A DNA stretch of 64,000 bases from Eledone cirrhosa (taxonomy: Eukaryota). Positions 12,665 through 27,531 of this stretch are shown here, in pieces. The notes beneath the pieces were generated by a model, which made no database searches, had not been told where the DNA came from, and worked only from the letters and a program-made list of their open reading frames with translations. The stretch is taken from the NCBI GenBank assembly GCA_964016885.1, contig OZ024743.1:369954001-370018000 (forward strand), in the 5' to 3' direction. A program made the position numbers and the translations under genes. Numbering within the stretch: the stretch's first letter is position 1; every line of letters starts with the position of its first letter.

Positions 12665-13792
12665 TATAAATTTGAAGAACGGTCAGATAAAATTTACCCA
12701 ATCTTTCCTCTTAGTTCGTAGAAATTAACCCGATAAATAATCATTTAAATGGAAGTAAGTTTAAAATGTAACTTTGAAGAAATAACAGATGAATGATATC
12801 GATATTCCTTTATAAGGAACAGTCAGATAAAATTTACCTAATCTTTTCTCTTAGTCCGTAGAAATTAACTAGACAACTAATCATTTAACCTGAGCTAATT
12901 TTAAAATGTAAGTTTGATGAAAAAATAGATAAATGTTACCAAAAATTCCTCTAGTCCCGACTATCGACAGTTTTGCTTGTACTTTGTGGAAATGTTGCAT
13001 TACCCATGAGGCCCCGAGCTTATCAAGAGACCTCTGTTAGGACTGAAATTTACAAATTGATCGCCGTTAGTAACACATTCAAAAGGGGTGAAAATCATGA
13101 CGTGACTAGCAGTCAAGATAGAATTGTTGTGAAGGATTGGCCGGTAGCAAGTAAGTGCATTGCTAGAAGAAACAGTTAATTACCACCTAAGGTTTACTCA
13201 ACTGTAAGAGAGTATAGAACAAAGTCATAGAGAACTTATATATATTTAAACAGTCACAGATACATATATGAATGTTGGCTACCTTCAACGGTGTGGCTCG
13301 ATGAATGAATGAATTAAATAAATAATTATCAATCAGAGCCATTTATAAAAGTTCTTTTTTGTGTGTTTATATATATATATATATATATTTATTGTTATAC
13401 TTGGGGAGGGTCATATTGTAATAATATTGCCAGAAATAATAACAGAACACATTCACTGTTTGGTTGGTTTTCGCTTCTGTATCTTTTATATCCCCACAGT
13501 TAATTCTTTTGGTCCTCAATGTTTATCATTGACTGACCAACGGTCAAAAATACAGATATAATATAGATATAAACACATATATATAGTCTAAGAAAGGTCT
13601 TTCGTTGCACATCTGCAACATCATCAGTGGTACTATTATGTTCCTCCTGTTGTATTGTATGTCTACGCCATTTTTATTTTATCTGTATATTCATTTATTT
13701 ATTTTTGTCTTCTTTTCTGCGCATGCGTTTGCATGTGTGTATAGTGTTTGGTGTGTGTGTTGGCATTTGGGTGACAGTTGGCAGGTGAACAG

Positions 13793-13845
13793 AAAACTGC
13801 ACTGATGAAGGGTAATCACCCATAAACATTAGTGTCTGCAGTTTT
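13793..13845 (+). ncRNA. type I hammerhead motif, probably inactivated (GAAA reads ATAAA)
   Basis: AAAACTGCA-CTGATGA-AGGGT/ACCC-ATAAA-CA..TG-TC-TGCAGTTTT with a perfect 9-bp stem I. Confidence 0.7.
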
Positions 13846-14013
13846 GTTTACATGTCAATGCAAGAGCAAGGATGAGGGGTTCATTCTACTGACATGGCTT
13901 AAAAGAGGCTGTTTGCATAATTGCGAATGAATCAAATATTATTATTAATATTTGAAAAACTCAGATTACATTTATTGTATTCAGCCCTTGTAGAGCGATA
14001 ACATTTTGTTAGT

Positions 14014-14016
<3 letters not shown>

Positions 14017-14065
<49 letters not shown>

Positions 14066-14073
14066 CACTCCCT

Positions 14074-14117
<44 letters not shown>

Positions 14118-14125
14118 CACTCCCT

Positions 14126-14167
<42 letters not shown>

Positions 14168-14181
14168 CACTCCCTACACAC

Positions 14182-14223
<42 letters not shown>

Positions 14224-14227
14224 CACT

Positions 14228-14267
<40 letters not shown>

Positions 14268-14278
14268 CACTTCCTACA

Positions 14279-14359
<81 letters not shown>

Positions 14360-14363
14360 CACT

Positions 14364-14417
<54 letters not shown>

Positions 14418-14427
14418 CACTCCCTAG
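14017..14427 (+). repeat. compound repeat: TTACACTCCCTA units separated by variable (TA)n
   Basis: About seven units read directly. Confidence 0.9.
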
Positions 14428-14440
14428 ATATATAGATATA

Positions 14441-14621
14441 TAGTTATGTAATAAACAACATAAGGCAATTATTCCATTTACCAGTGATTTCTTAAAAGCA
14501 AAAAATTTTGCTTTCAATCATCAGAATGATAAAATCCTGATGATTGAAAGCAACATTTTTTGCTTTTAAGAAACCACTGGTAAATGGAATAATTGCCTTA
14601 TGTTGTTTATTACATAACTAT
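14441..14621. ncRNA. palindrome of two back-to-back type I hammerheads (14475-14528 -, 14533-14586 +)
   Basis: CATT-CTGATGA-TTGAAAGCAA/TTGCTTTTAA-GAAA-(T/C)CACTGG-TA-AATG. Confidence 0.8.
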
Positions 14622-14693
14622 TAAGCTCTGTTACCTACATAGAGCACTCTTTTTTCCTGGACTTTTCCGACGGAATTACTTCATACATATATT

Positions 14694-16962
<2,269 letters not shown>

Positions 16963-16987
16963 TGTAATATATATATAATATATATAA

Positions 16988-17551
16988 TATATTGTTATAC
17001 TTTGGGAGGGTCATGTTGCCAATAAGAAACACACGCACGAGTTGCTTTCACTTCAATTTATTATAATAAATTTATAAATTTAGGAATTTATAAATCTATA
17101 AATTTCTGGTTGGTTGGTTGGTTCCACAACCAGATAGTTGTTTATATATTGTCAAAGTTCTTTCGTCACACATTCTGTGACCTCTTCAGTGACTGGGGAT
17201 TCTTTTCTTTGTTTTTGTACCTCTCCTTTGTTCTGTCCTACGCCATTTGACAGAACAAAGGAGAGGTACAAAAACAAAGAAAAGAATCCCCAGTCACTGA
17301 AGAGGTCACAGAATGTGTGACGAAAGAACTTTGACAATATATAAACAACTATCTGGTTGTGGAACCAACCAACCAACCAGAAATTTATAGATTTATAAAT
17401 TCCTAAATTTATAAATTTATTATAATAAATTGAAGTGAAAGCAACTGGTGCGTGTGTTTCTTATTGGCAACATGACCCTCCCAAAGTATAACAATATCGG
17501 TTTCAACACACGATTTCAGATAAAGAATCTTGCTAAACAAATTCAGAAACG

Positions 17552-17552
<1 letters not shown>
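16988..17552. repeat. near-perfect palindrome of family-A pLTR ends with hammerheads at 17151-17193 (-) and 17293-17335 (+)
   Basis: GTCA-CTGAAGA-GGTCAC/GTGAC-GAAA-GAAC-TT-TGAC; ~250-bp arms centred near 17245. Confidence 0.9.
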
Positions 17553-17608
<56 letters not shown>

Positions 17609-17904
17609 TATATATATATAATATATATATATACATATATATATAATATATATCTATACATAATATATATATATACATATATATATATAATATATATATA
17701 TACATAATATATATATATACATATATATAATATATATATATACATATTATATATATATACATATATATAATATATATATATATATATAATATATATATAT
17801 ATGTAATATATATATAATATATATATAATATATATATATATAATATATATATATATATATAATATATATATATATATATAATATATATATATATATATAA
17901 TATA

Positions 17905-18105
17905 TATGCAAAAGTTCTATTTAAAATTGTTGGGATACAACAAGTAAATATTTTATAACTGATATAAAGCACTCGACAAGTTTTTGGAGTAGATATACGA
18001 TATTAATAAATGGAAACTATATTTATAAAACCATATTTATTTCATTATACATATTTCAGGGATACCAAATTAAAATATGGTATGCCTTCATCAGACAAAA
18101 TACAT
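17905..18105 (-). repeat. family-D pLTR end with hammerhead at 18038-18102
   Basis: Reverse complement of 39955-40155. Confidence 0.8.
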
Positions 18106-18220
18106 ATATACATACATGCACACATATATATATGTGCGTATGGATTCATCGAACATTTATCATAATGCTCGGTGTGTTTGTAAACAAACATCCCGTATTA
18201 AGTCGTAGTGTCCAGCATAC

Positions 18221-18340
<120 letters not shown>

Positions 18341-18388
18341 AATATATATATATATATATAATATATATAATATATATATAAAATATAT

Positions 18389-18434
<46 letters not shown>

Positions 18435-18484
18435 AATATATATATATATATATAATATATATAATATATATATAAAATATATAT

Positions 18485-18565
<81 letters not shown>

Positions 18566-19664
18566 TATACATATAATATATATATATATAATATATTTAA
18601 TAAAATAACAGATTAAAGTTTAAGCAAAGAATCGCTGCTTTCATTTTCCCGTTCTTTGCCAGCGAACGTTACCCCGAACCAAAGTATCGTCTTCCTGTCT
18701 TCCTCCGGTTGCTACGTTTTTTGAAATTTCCAGTTCTGCGTTTACAGATTGACTTTGTTAGTTTCAGAAGATCCCGTTAAGGAGGAAGATAGGAAGACGA
18801 GACTTTGGTTCTTAGAAACGTTCCCTGGCAAAGAACGGGAAAAAAAGAATATAATACGTCATTAATAGGAGCGGTTAAAAACATTTACGCGCAAAGGCAG
18901 AACCTCGTTTACGGTATAAATGAAGTCGTAGACTAATGTTCTCTTAGGTGGTTCATAGAGTCGTTCTCTGGCAATGAACGGAAAAAACGAAGATAATACG
19001 TCATATGTGGAGCGGGGAGAACAATTGCACGCAAAGACAAAACCACGTAAATGGTATAGCTGAAGTAATAGACTACATTCTAAGAAACCGAATGAATCTG
19101 AGCTTCAGAGTTAAGAATAAAGTAAATAAATACAATACAGAAGTAATAGAAATTAAATAAATGCATACACACATTCAAATACGTACATACACAAGCATAC
19201 GCAAAACACTTTCCATAGGTATACAAAACCACGCACATATAAATATGTGTGTGTATGTGTTTGTGCGTGTATACAAATAAATAATTAAATAAACGTATAT
19301 AAATAAATAAATACGTATATAACAAGCGCATCCACATACCTACATGTAAACACACAAATGTTCGGAGACGTAAGTCAACTAAAACAAGAAGTACACATAT
19401 ACACACACCCTACATACGTACGAACCTGCATACACACGCAGACGCAAAACTCCCGTATACACATAACCAAACCATATGTACCAGAAAATATAAAAAATGT
19501 ATACGCCATAACATAATCAATCACATATACGCATGAGAAAGTATATGTACCTTCACAAAACATACAGGTAATATATACTTACCTATGCAAATAAGTAATT
19601 GTATAAACAAAACATGTACTCAGCTACCACATCAACACGTAAAAAATCCACGTATAGATCGTAC

Positions 19665-21769
19665 TATCCGTTAGGATATAATGTGGGGCTGTAATACAGG
19701 AAAGTGTTGTGCAATTTATGTTTACAAGCCGAAATTGCCTTAGATTTTTTGTTTAAGATGTGGTCTGTGGCGTAGAATATTTCCAGGGCCTCAGCGGCGC
19801 AGAGGTCACGTGGTTTTTTTATTTCCGTTATACGATCTAGCCCTAGCTAGGAACTCCCAGTGTAACTTATATTGGGTGTCGTTGTCTTTTAGACTCCAGA
19901 TATAAGCTGAAAGTGACGTCATATTCCTTCTAAGGGGGTAACGAAAAGAATGGGTATGCATGTAAAGACGCTGCTTGAATCTATTGGCGGTTAACCCTAT
20001 GTAGGCCCTACGGGACGTGGGTGTTTCAACCTTACATTTGTAGACAATGTTACTAGAGAGGCATTTCTCGGATAGGGGGCAATCCACCCGATTCCTACAA
20101 TTACAGTTAGTACTAACTACAGGGTTGCACGTGTTACTACGGTTAGGTAATTTAGCTAAATTTGAAGCTGTGATGTTATGTGCAAGGTTAGGCGTCGTAG
20201 AGTAAGAAATTTTAATAGTATTTCTATTAAAACTTTTACTATATTTATGTGTAGGGGGAAAATGCTTCGTAATAAGGGAAAGAAAGATCTTAGCTAATGG
20301 TGTGGCCACCTCCATATTATATGGTGGGTTATACCAACAAATGCGACGGGATCTATTACTTCTAGGTCTATTGTCGTACTCTGTATATGCTACCTTATCG
20401 ACAAATCCACTCCGAGCAAGAGCTTCATTGTAATAAGTGGAATGGTCGTTGAAAATATGCTCGTTAGTAGATAGACGAGAAAGCCTCAACGAAACGTTTC
20501 TTACCAGGTTCTTGGTTATGCTGGCAGGATGGTTGGAATGCTTACTTATGTAATTAAGCGTATCATTCGGCTTTCTATACGGGTAATACAACCCATTCGA
20601 TAAATTGAGGGTAACGTCGAGGTATTTAACGACCGAGAGATAGGCCTCAACCTGTATAGAGAGGTTGAAGCCTTTAAAGAAGGCTGTGAGTTCTTTCCTG
20701 AACCTGTCGCAAGCACGAGGTCCGCACTTAGTCATGGTCAAAAGACCATCATCACGGTACAAACCACCGCCCGCGTTGATAGAGAAAAGAAGGAAAAGGC
20801 CGATAAGATCAGTAACCTCCGCAGAATCGCTAGCGTCCATACTAACGTCGAATGGGGGTACTATTGGATTTTTTAATCCAAATAGAGTCGTCGAAATTAA
20901 TCACCGACTTACTGGCATTGAGGATGACATCAACTTCGAAATCCTTAACCACTGTGAGTGTTTTAGCGAAATTGATAGCTCTAAGGAGAAGTGGTAAAGT
21001 GATGGAGGAGTAGTAATTGTTGATGTCGAATTGGATAAAACGGCAATGTTCCTTGTTGCATATGCCGTTGAACCAATCAATCACCGCGAAAGAATTGTTC
21101 CACAGTGCAAGAGGGGCCAAACTTCTAATTTCAGGTATAATTCTATCAAGAACCCTTTTACTAAGTCTACCTAAATCGGACTTCATAGGGTTAATAAGCC
21201 GAATAGAGGGGTTGTTCGGAAAATTGGATTTGTGATCCTTCAGGGTAAAGTGGGGGAGAAATAGGGTCCAGAAGTTCAGTCCGGTCCAGGATGTTGAGAT
21301 CAGAGGTGATTTTAAACCCAGCATCGTTGATTTCATTGATGACGCACCGATTAGTTTTACGGTAATCCTTAGTTACAGCATTATGTAGTAGTTGATGGTA
21401 AGTACTGCGCTCCACTTGATATAGGTTGCCAGTTTTGTCGGCGGCATTAGAATCCTTAATAGAACGAATTCTATTCTTCAGGTCATGCTGGAAGGAATTG
21501 CTCCTATTCCGAAATTTGATACTCCGTATGAGTTCCAAGACATAATTTTCGAAGGGTAGCAATGCTGGGTTACACAGAGGGTTATTATAGGTTTTAAACC
21601 CAAATTTATCCTGTTTGTTGTCTGCTTTTCGCGGATTATCGAAATAAAAGGCACGCCAACGCAACCTTTTAATGAACGCGTCTGTTTTCTGTATCAGGAG
21701 TTTTAGGTATGTTTTCCTGCTTGGTACGGGTATGTTCTTTGTAGAAATATTCAGATGTTGTTTCTGCAT
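19665..21769 (-). pseudogene. PLE RT + GIY-YIG ORF broken by frameshifts
   Basis: Segments 21191-21769 (TKNIPVPS...IKRLRWRA), 20842-21336 (FIQFDINNYYSSI), 19806-20840 (GLYRDDGL, YLDVTL, IVY..YIG). Confidence 0.93.
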
Positions 21770-21923
21770 AATGAATATAAGTCAATAGAGTGCTCAACCG
21801 AGGGAGCCAAATAGTAATAATAATAAATTTGAAGACTAAAATCCAAAGAGGGCTCGATAATTATAAATATATATCAAATATATAAGAACCGTAGAGCAAA
21901 TATTTATTAAAATAACAGATTAA

Positions 21924-21974
21924 AGTTTAAGCAAAGAATCTCTGCTTTCACCCTTAACGGGATCTTCTGAAACT
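21924..21974 (-). ncRNA. type I hammerhead-like motif with non-canonical CAGAAGA core (family B; also 14872-14922 -, 57459-57509 -, 57574-57624 +)
   Basis: AGTTT-CAGAAGA-TCCC/GGGT-GAAA-GCA..TGC-TT-AAACT followed by AATAAA. Confidence 0.7.
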
Positions 21975-22515
21975 AACAAAGTCAATCTGTAAACGCAGAA
22001 GTGGATATTCAAAAAACGTTGCAACCGGAGGAAGACAGGAAGACGATACTTTGGTTCGTGGAAACGTTCCCTGGCAAAGAACGGGAAAAAACGAATATAA
22101 TACGTCATTAATAGGAGCGGGGAAAAACAATTACGCGCAAAGACAGAACCACGTTTATGGTATAAAAGAAGTCGTAGACTAATGTTCTCTTAGGTGGTTC
22201 ATAGAGACGTTCTCTGGCAATGAACGAAAAAAACGAAGATAATACGTCATATGTGGAGTGTGGAGAACAATTGCACGCAAAGACAAAACCACGTAAATGG
22301 TATAGCTGAAGTCGTAGACTAAATTCTAACTAGGAAACCGAATGAATCTCCGCTTCAGAGTTAAGAATAAAGTAAATAAATACAATACAGGGGTAATAGA
22401 AATTAAATAAATACATACACACATTCAAATACGTACATACACAAGCATACGCAAAACATTTGCCATAGGTATACAAAACCACGCACATATAAATATGTGT
22501 GCGTGTATTTTAATA

Positions 22516-22558
<43 letters not shown>

Positions 22559-22680
22559 ATTATATATATATATTATATATATATATATATATTATATATA
22601 TATATTATATATATTATATATAAATATAAATATTATATAAATATTATATAAATATTATGTATATATATATATACTTATAA

Positions 22681-22838
22681 GGGGGGTGGATTGGCAGTAT
22701 CGGAGGAGGGTCGGACGCCATGGTTTCCAGCATAGTTACGTCCCTTTACGATCTGAGTTCAAATCCTGCCGAGGATAAAATAATGTACCAGTAATGCACT
22801 GGCTAATTTCTGGCCTTGTGCCTAAAGTAGAAACAATT
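22681..22838 (+). mobile_element. tRNA-derived SINE, internally deleted
   Basis: A-box-like TGGCAGTATCGG, B box GAGTTCAAATCC; same tail recurs at 35695-35760 and 59313-59375. Confidence 0.65.
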
Positions 22839-22840
22839 AT

Positions 22841-22875
<35 letters not shown>

Positions 22876-22973
22876 TATTTTATATATATATATAAAATAT
22901 ATAATATATATATATATATAATATATATATATATTATATATATATATAATATTTATATATATATATATTATAT

Positions 22974-23007
<34 letters not shown>

Positions 23008-23210
23008 ATATATATATATATATAATATATATATAATATATATATAATATATATATATATAATATATATATAATATATATATATATATAATATATATGTA
23101 TATAATATATATATATATAATATATTTATATATATATATAATATATATATATATATAATATATATATATATTATATATATATATATATAATATATATATA
23201 TATATAATAT

Positions 23211-25090
23211 AATATTATAATGAAATGACAGGAGGCTGGATTTGTGTAAATCCTTGAAAGGTTTATTATACTATGATCATTTCAATGACCGGGTTCCGTA
23301 TGAATCCGGTGATATCATCAGGTATTCGAAATATAATATGTGAATGTAATAGATAAAATTCATGGGGCTGAAAATCGAGGACCCGAGGGCGACCGCTATT
23401 CTGCTCTTTCAACCTCAGCCGGTATTTAATTTTATAATGTTATTCTGAATTCTTTCAACTTCATCCGATAAAGTTAAGCAATATTTTAAAGTTCCAACTT
23501 TCTGTCGGACTGTTGGGTGGGTTTTAATGGCGGCGCGACCGGCCCCCTGGCGCACGGGCTTACCTGGAGTGCTTGGAAAAATAAATTTCCCCTTCTTTCG
23601 GTAAATGAAAATACTCGGCGTAGCCTAATTCGCCCTGGGGCCCGGAGCGCGGCCGGTGTTTTAACCGCCACATAATACCTTTAAATTACAGAACAAATCG
23701 GAACTATTAGATATATCAACCTGAAAATGTTAAACAGTTGAACTTTAAATTTTCTAACATCCTTAATATTGAATATTGATTATTAATTTTTTAACTTCAC
23801 CCTATAAGTCTAAACAAAAACGTAACGTTCCAATATTCTGCTCACACATTATAATTTTCAATTTTCTGTTTGTTCAATTCTCAATCTTCTTACTCTTTAA
23901 TTTTATAATGTTATTCTGAATTCTTTCAACTTCATCCTATAAAGTTAAGCAATATTTTAAGGTTCCAACTTTCTGTCGGACTGTTGGGTGGGTTTTGATG
24001 GCGTCGCGACCGGCCCCCTGGCGCGCGGGCTTACCTGGAGTGCTTGGAAAAATAAATTTCCCCTTCTTTCGGTAAATGAAAATACTCGGCGTAGCTTAAT
24101 TCGCCATGGGGCCCGGGGCGCGGCCGCTGTTTTAACCGCCACATAGTACCTTTAAATTACAGATCAAATCGGAACTATTAGATATATCAACCTGCAAATG
24201 TTAAACTGTTTAACTTTAAATTTTCTAACCTCCTTAATATTGAATATTGATTATTAATTTTTTAACTTCATCCTATAAGTCTAAACATTGTAACACACTG
24301 ACTCCCAATATATTCACCTCTGCTAAGATGCGGGTCCCTGTGAAAATTTTTTCGCGCCACTCCTGGCCTGACTGTGGTCTGACATTAATATCGACCTTTC
24401 TCCCTCTTTCTTTCTATCCCTCCTTCTTCTAGCCATCAACCCTTACTTTTCTACTTCTCTCTTCTCTTCCTTCTCATCTCCCCTCTTCCTGTCTTCCTCC
24501 CGCAGACTTATCTGCCTTCCCCCTTTCGTTTGCCTATATCTGACCGGCAGTAGTTGTCTTTCTTCTTATAGCTGAAATTAACCCTGGCTTCTCTTCTTCC
24601 TTCCCCCTTCTTCTCTCTCCTTCCTTTCTTTCTTTCTTTTATCTTGTGGCATGAGATTGACGCTAACTTATGTTCCCATCCTTTTCTGTTTTCGTTTATC
24701 TGACCGGTAGTAGCACACTGTAAACTTTAGCCACGTCACTCGAGGGCGACCGGCTGAGGTTGAAGGAGCAGAATAGCGGTCGCCCTCGGGTCCTCGATTT
24801 TCAGCCCCATGGATTTTATCTATTACATTCATGTATTATATTTCGAATACCTGATGATATCACCGGATTCATACGGAACCCGGTCATTGAAATGATCATA
24901 GTATAATAAACCTTTCAAGGATTTACACAAATCCAGCCTCCTGTCATTTCATTATAATATTTAACTCCGTAATAGCACCACCAACTACAAAAACAAGACG
25001 GTTGAACTGCTTTACGTTGAGTACTCTCTATATTATTGCATTACAATTGACCATACGGAATAGACCAGCTCTATACAGTGGTGAACTTCA
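23211..25090 (+). mobile_element. non-coding PLE-type element with ~210-bp inverted ends, each carrying a hammerhead, and an internal 471-bp tandem duplication
   Basis: 23211-23422 is the reverse complement of 24750-24960; 23427-23815 repeats at 23898-24286; no RT/EN ORF; (TA)n flanks. Confidence 0.75.
24847..24904 (+). ncRNA. type I hammerhead ribozyme (inverted copy at 23268-23325)
   Basis: ATAC-CTGATGA-long stem II-GAAA-TGATCA (palindromic stem III)-TA-GTAT-AATAAA. Confidence 0.85.
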
Positions 25091-25096
25091 AACCTG

Positions 25097-25211
<115 letters not shown>

Positions 25212-25374
25212 TAGGTAAATATACACGGGTGTGTATGATTGTGTATAGAAGATTATATTAATAAGAGGAATTCCAACTTTGTCTGATTTACTCGTTTTAT
25301 TTACAATCCTTTAAAATATATAATGGTATTATAATGAAATAGTATGATAGAATATTAAATTCTAAGTGTTAATT

Positions 25375-25411
25375 GAACAAGTACTTTCATGCTTTCGCAA
25401 TCTTCAGGTTC
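25375..25411 (-). ncRNA. minimal type I hammerhead ribozyme
   Basis: GAAC-CTGAAGA-TTGC GAAA GCAT-GAAA-GTAC-TT-GTTC. Confidence 0.85.
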
Positions 25412-25791
25412 ATAATATGTGGTGACAGTCAAGTTTGCAATTTTCAACTGTAATAAGATGGGTAAATTTCCTACCTTTTATACATTTTATACAGGGAAAA
25501 GTGGCTCCAGAATGCTAAGCCCTGCAAACTGTATTTCGACCAATCAGTGTGTAGTTTCACTGAATTACTAAAGCTGATTGGTTTAAGCGTCACGGCTGGT
25601 TGAGCATGTCTAACGATCAATAATTAATCATATCCAAAGCATCAATTGTTTTGCTATTTTTAGAAATGATGAAAATAGCATTTTCTATTAATCATCACCA
25701 TCAAAATCACTTTTATTATTATTATTGTTGTTGTTGTTGTTGTTAGTTGTCGTAGTCATAGTGGTAGTAGAAGTAATACCCCTAAGCGTTA

Positions 25792-27531
25792 TTATTGTTC
25801 ATTTAGCTTGGGTTTGAATTTATCAATAAAATTCTTTTCTTTGATTTTTCTCTTGATTTCACTTGGGCTGTGTAATTTGTAGAATGGGAATATTATAAAT
25901 ATTCCCCGACCACATGTTGCTAGATGGTTACTTAGGGATATCTGACGGACATTTGGGTCTCTGATTTGTTGACGGTGTACCCGTGCACGTTCCGATAGTG
26001 CATTTCCAGTTTGACCGACATTTAGTTCTTCACAATTCGGGCATTTAATGCAGTAAATTAGATTTCTGCTTTTGCAGTTCATATTTGCATTTGGGAATAT
26101 TTTTCCAGTTTTTGTTTTCATATATTGACCGGCGTGTATGGATTGACATGTGCCGCATCGACTATCATTGCATTTAGATACAGTGAATGATTGGTCTTTG
26201 TTGTTAAGGTCACACTTTGCTTTTGTTAGTAATTGCTTCAAATTTTTTGGCTGTCTTATACTAAGAGTCAAAGATCGATCTGTGATTAAGCCTTTTAATT
26301 CATTACTTTGAGCAATGATCGGTAGGTTTGCTTTGGCAGTGTTGAAGATATTCTGGTGACATGGGTTGTGTGTCATTATAAATGGTATGACCAGTTCTTG
26401 GTTTCTTCTTCCTTGGGTTGTCCTAAGTTGTTGTATAGGTATTTTTATAGCCCGCTGTATGCTATTTTCTATAAGTAGAGAAGGGTATTTTTGTTTGAGC
26501 AAAAATTCTCTTAGTTCTGTCAGGCGTTTGTACCTGGTATTCGTGTCTTCTACAATGGTACACATTCTTCTGGCTAGGCAGTATGGGATGTTGCGTTTTG
26601 TATGAGGTGGATGGCACGACTTAAAATTCAGATATTGATGGGTGTCTGTGTGTTTATAATATATATCCGTGGTAATGGTGGTGTCGTTTTTGATTATCAT
26701 TATATCTAGGAATGGTAATTTGGTCCTACTCATCTCTTTTGTGAATTGGAGAGATGGGTGTAGGTTATTCAGGAGGATATTGAACTCATCCAGAGTATCT
26801 AGAGATTCTGACAAGATGATGAAACAGTCGTCAAGGTATCTCTTCCAAGATTTTTCAATGTACTTTCTAAAGTCAGTACTATATTTTTCCTCTATTTCTT
26901 GGTAGAGTTGTTGTTCTAAGTATCCCATTACAGAGTTCGCGTAAACGGGAGCAAACTTCGTTCCCATCGCTGTGCCTCTAATTTGGATGTAATTCTTTCC
27001 ATTGAAGAAGAAAGTGTTGTTTTCCAGAATAAGTTTAACTGCATCTAATATAAATGGCGCTGTGAATCTAATGGGAATCACTCCTCTATGTTTTTCCACC
27101 CAGTATTTAACCGCCTTTATTCCTAAATCAGGTGTAATGTTGGTGTAAAGGCTTACCACATCAAAACTGAGTAGAAGTGAATTCGTTTCCGTGGTTTTGG
27201 GAAGATGGGACAGGAAGTCGATATCATCCCGGATGAAACTGGGTATGTGAATACATAGTGGTTTCAAAATAATGTCAACAAAATTGCTTAGACGGTGGGT
27301 GGGGCATGTTGGACCAGCTATAATAGGTCTAAGTTTTAAGTCTTTTGGGTGTAATAATTTAATGTACTCACTGTTTTGTTCTCTTACTGCCAGTTGTATT
27401 TCTTTTGACTTATGAACTTTCGGTAGGCCATACAGGTTGCTGGGTTTCGGCTCAAAATTGGTGATGTAGTCTCTTTCCTTATCAGTAAGTGAGTTGTGGT
27501 ATTTTGAAGCCAGGTTGTTGATCTTCTTCAT
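25792..27531 (-). CDS. PLE reverse transcriptase + GIY-YIG endonuclease (open frame, N-terminally truncated)
   Basis: LYGLPKVHK, LRPII, SFDVVSLYTNI, GTAMGT, RYLDD, LPFLD, KCNDSRCGTC, NLIYCIKC..VGQT; ORF codons upstream of 27531 are rearranged sequence. Confidence 0.92.
   Translation of the reverse strand: MKKINNLASKYHNSLTDKERDYITNFEPKPSNLYGLPKVHKSKEIQLAVREQNSEYIKLLHPKDLKLRPIIAGPTCPTHRLSNFVDIILKPLCIHIPSFIRDDIDFLSHLPKTTETNSLLLSFDVVSLYTNITPDLGIKAVKYWVEKHRGVIPIRFTAPFILDAVKLILENNTFFFNGKNYIQIRGTAMGTKFAPVYANSVMGYLEQQLYQEIEEKYSTDFRKYIEKSWKRYLDDCFIILSESLDTLDEFNILLNNLHPSLQFTKEMSRTKLPFLDIMIIKNDTTITTDIYYKHTDTHQYLNFKSCHPPHTKRNIPYCLARRMCTIVEDTNTRYKRLTELREFLLKQKYPSLLIENSIQRAIKIPIQQLRTTQGRRNQELVIPFIMTHNPCHQNIFNTAKANLPIIAQSNELKGLITDRSLTLSIRQPKNLKQLLTKAKCDLNNKDQSFTVSKCNDSRCGTCQSIHAGQYMKTKTGKIFPNANMNCKSRNLIYCIKCPNCEELNVGQTGNALSERARVHRQQIRDPNVRQISLSNHLATCGRGIFIIFPFYKLHSPSEIKRKIKEKNFIDKFKPKLNEQ

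Larger units (their letters stand above)
18593..22518 (-). mobile_element. near full-length PLE (family B, Hydra-type) with 5' and 3' pLTRs
   Basis: pLTR direct repeats about 18595-19260 and 21900-22505; coding region between; small internal inversion at 18645-18782; (TA)n on both sides. Confidence 0.93.

Noticed and set aside
11988-12935. Local duplications (~72 bp near 11988-12132; ~130 bp near 12676-12935)
   Set aside because: Ordinary diverged tandem duplications with no structural or coding signal that I could see
14017-14427. CRISPR-like repeat/spacer array
   Set aside because: Repeats are only 12 nt, spacers are pure (TA)n, the context is eukaryotic and there are no cas genes
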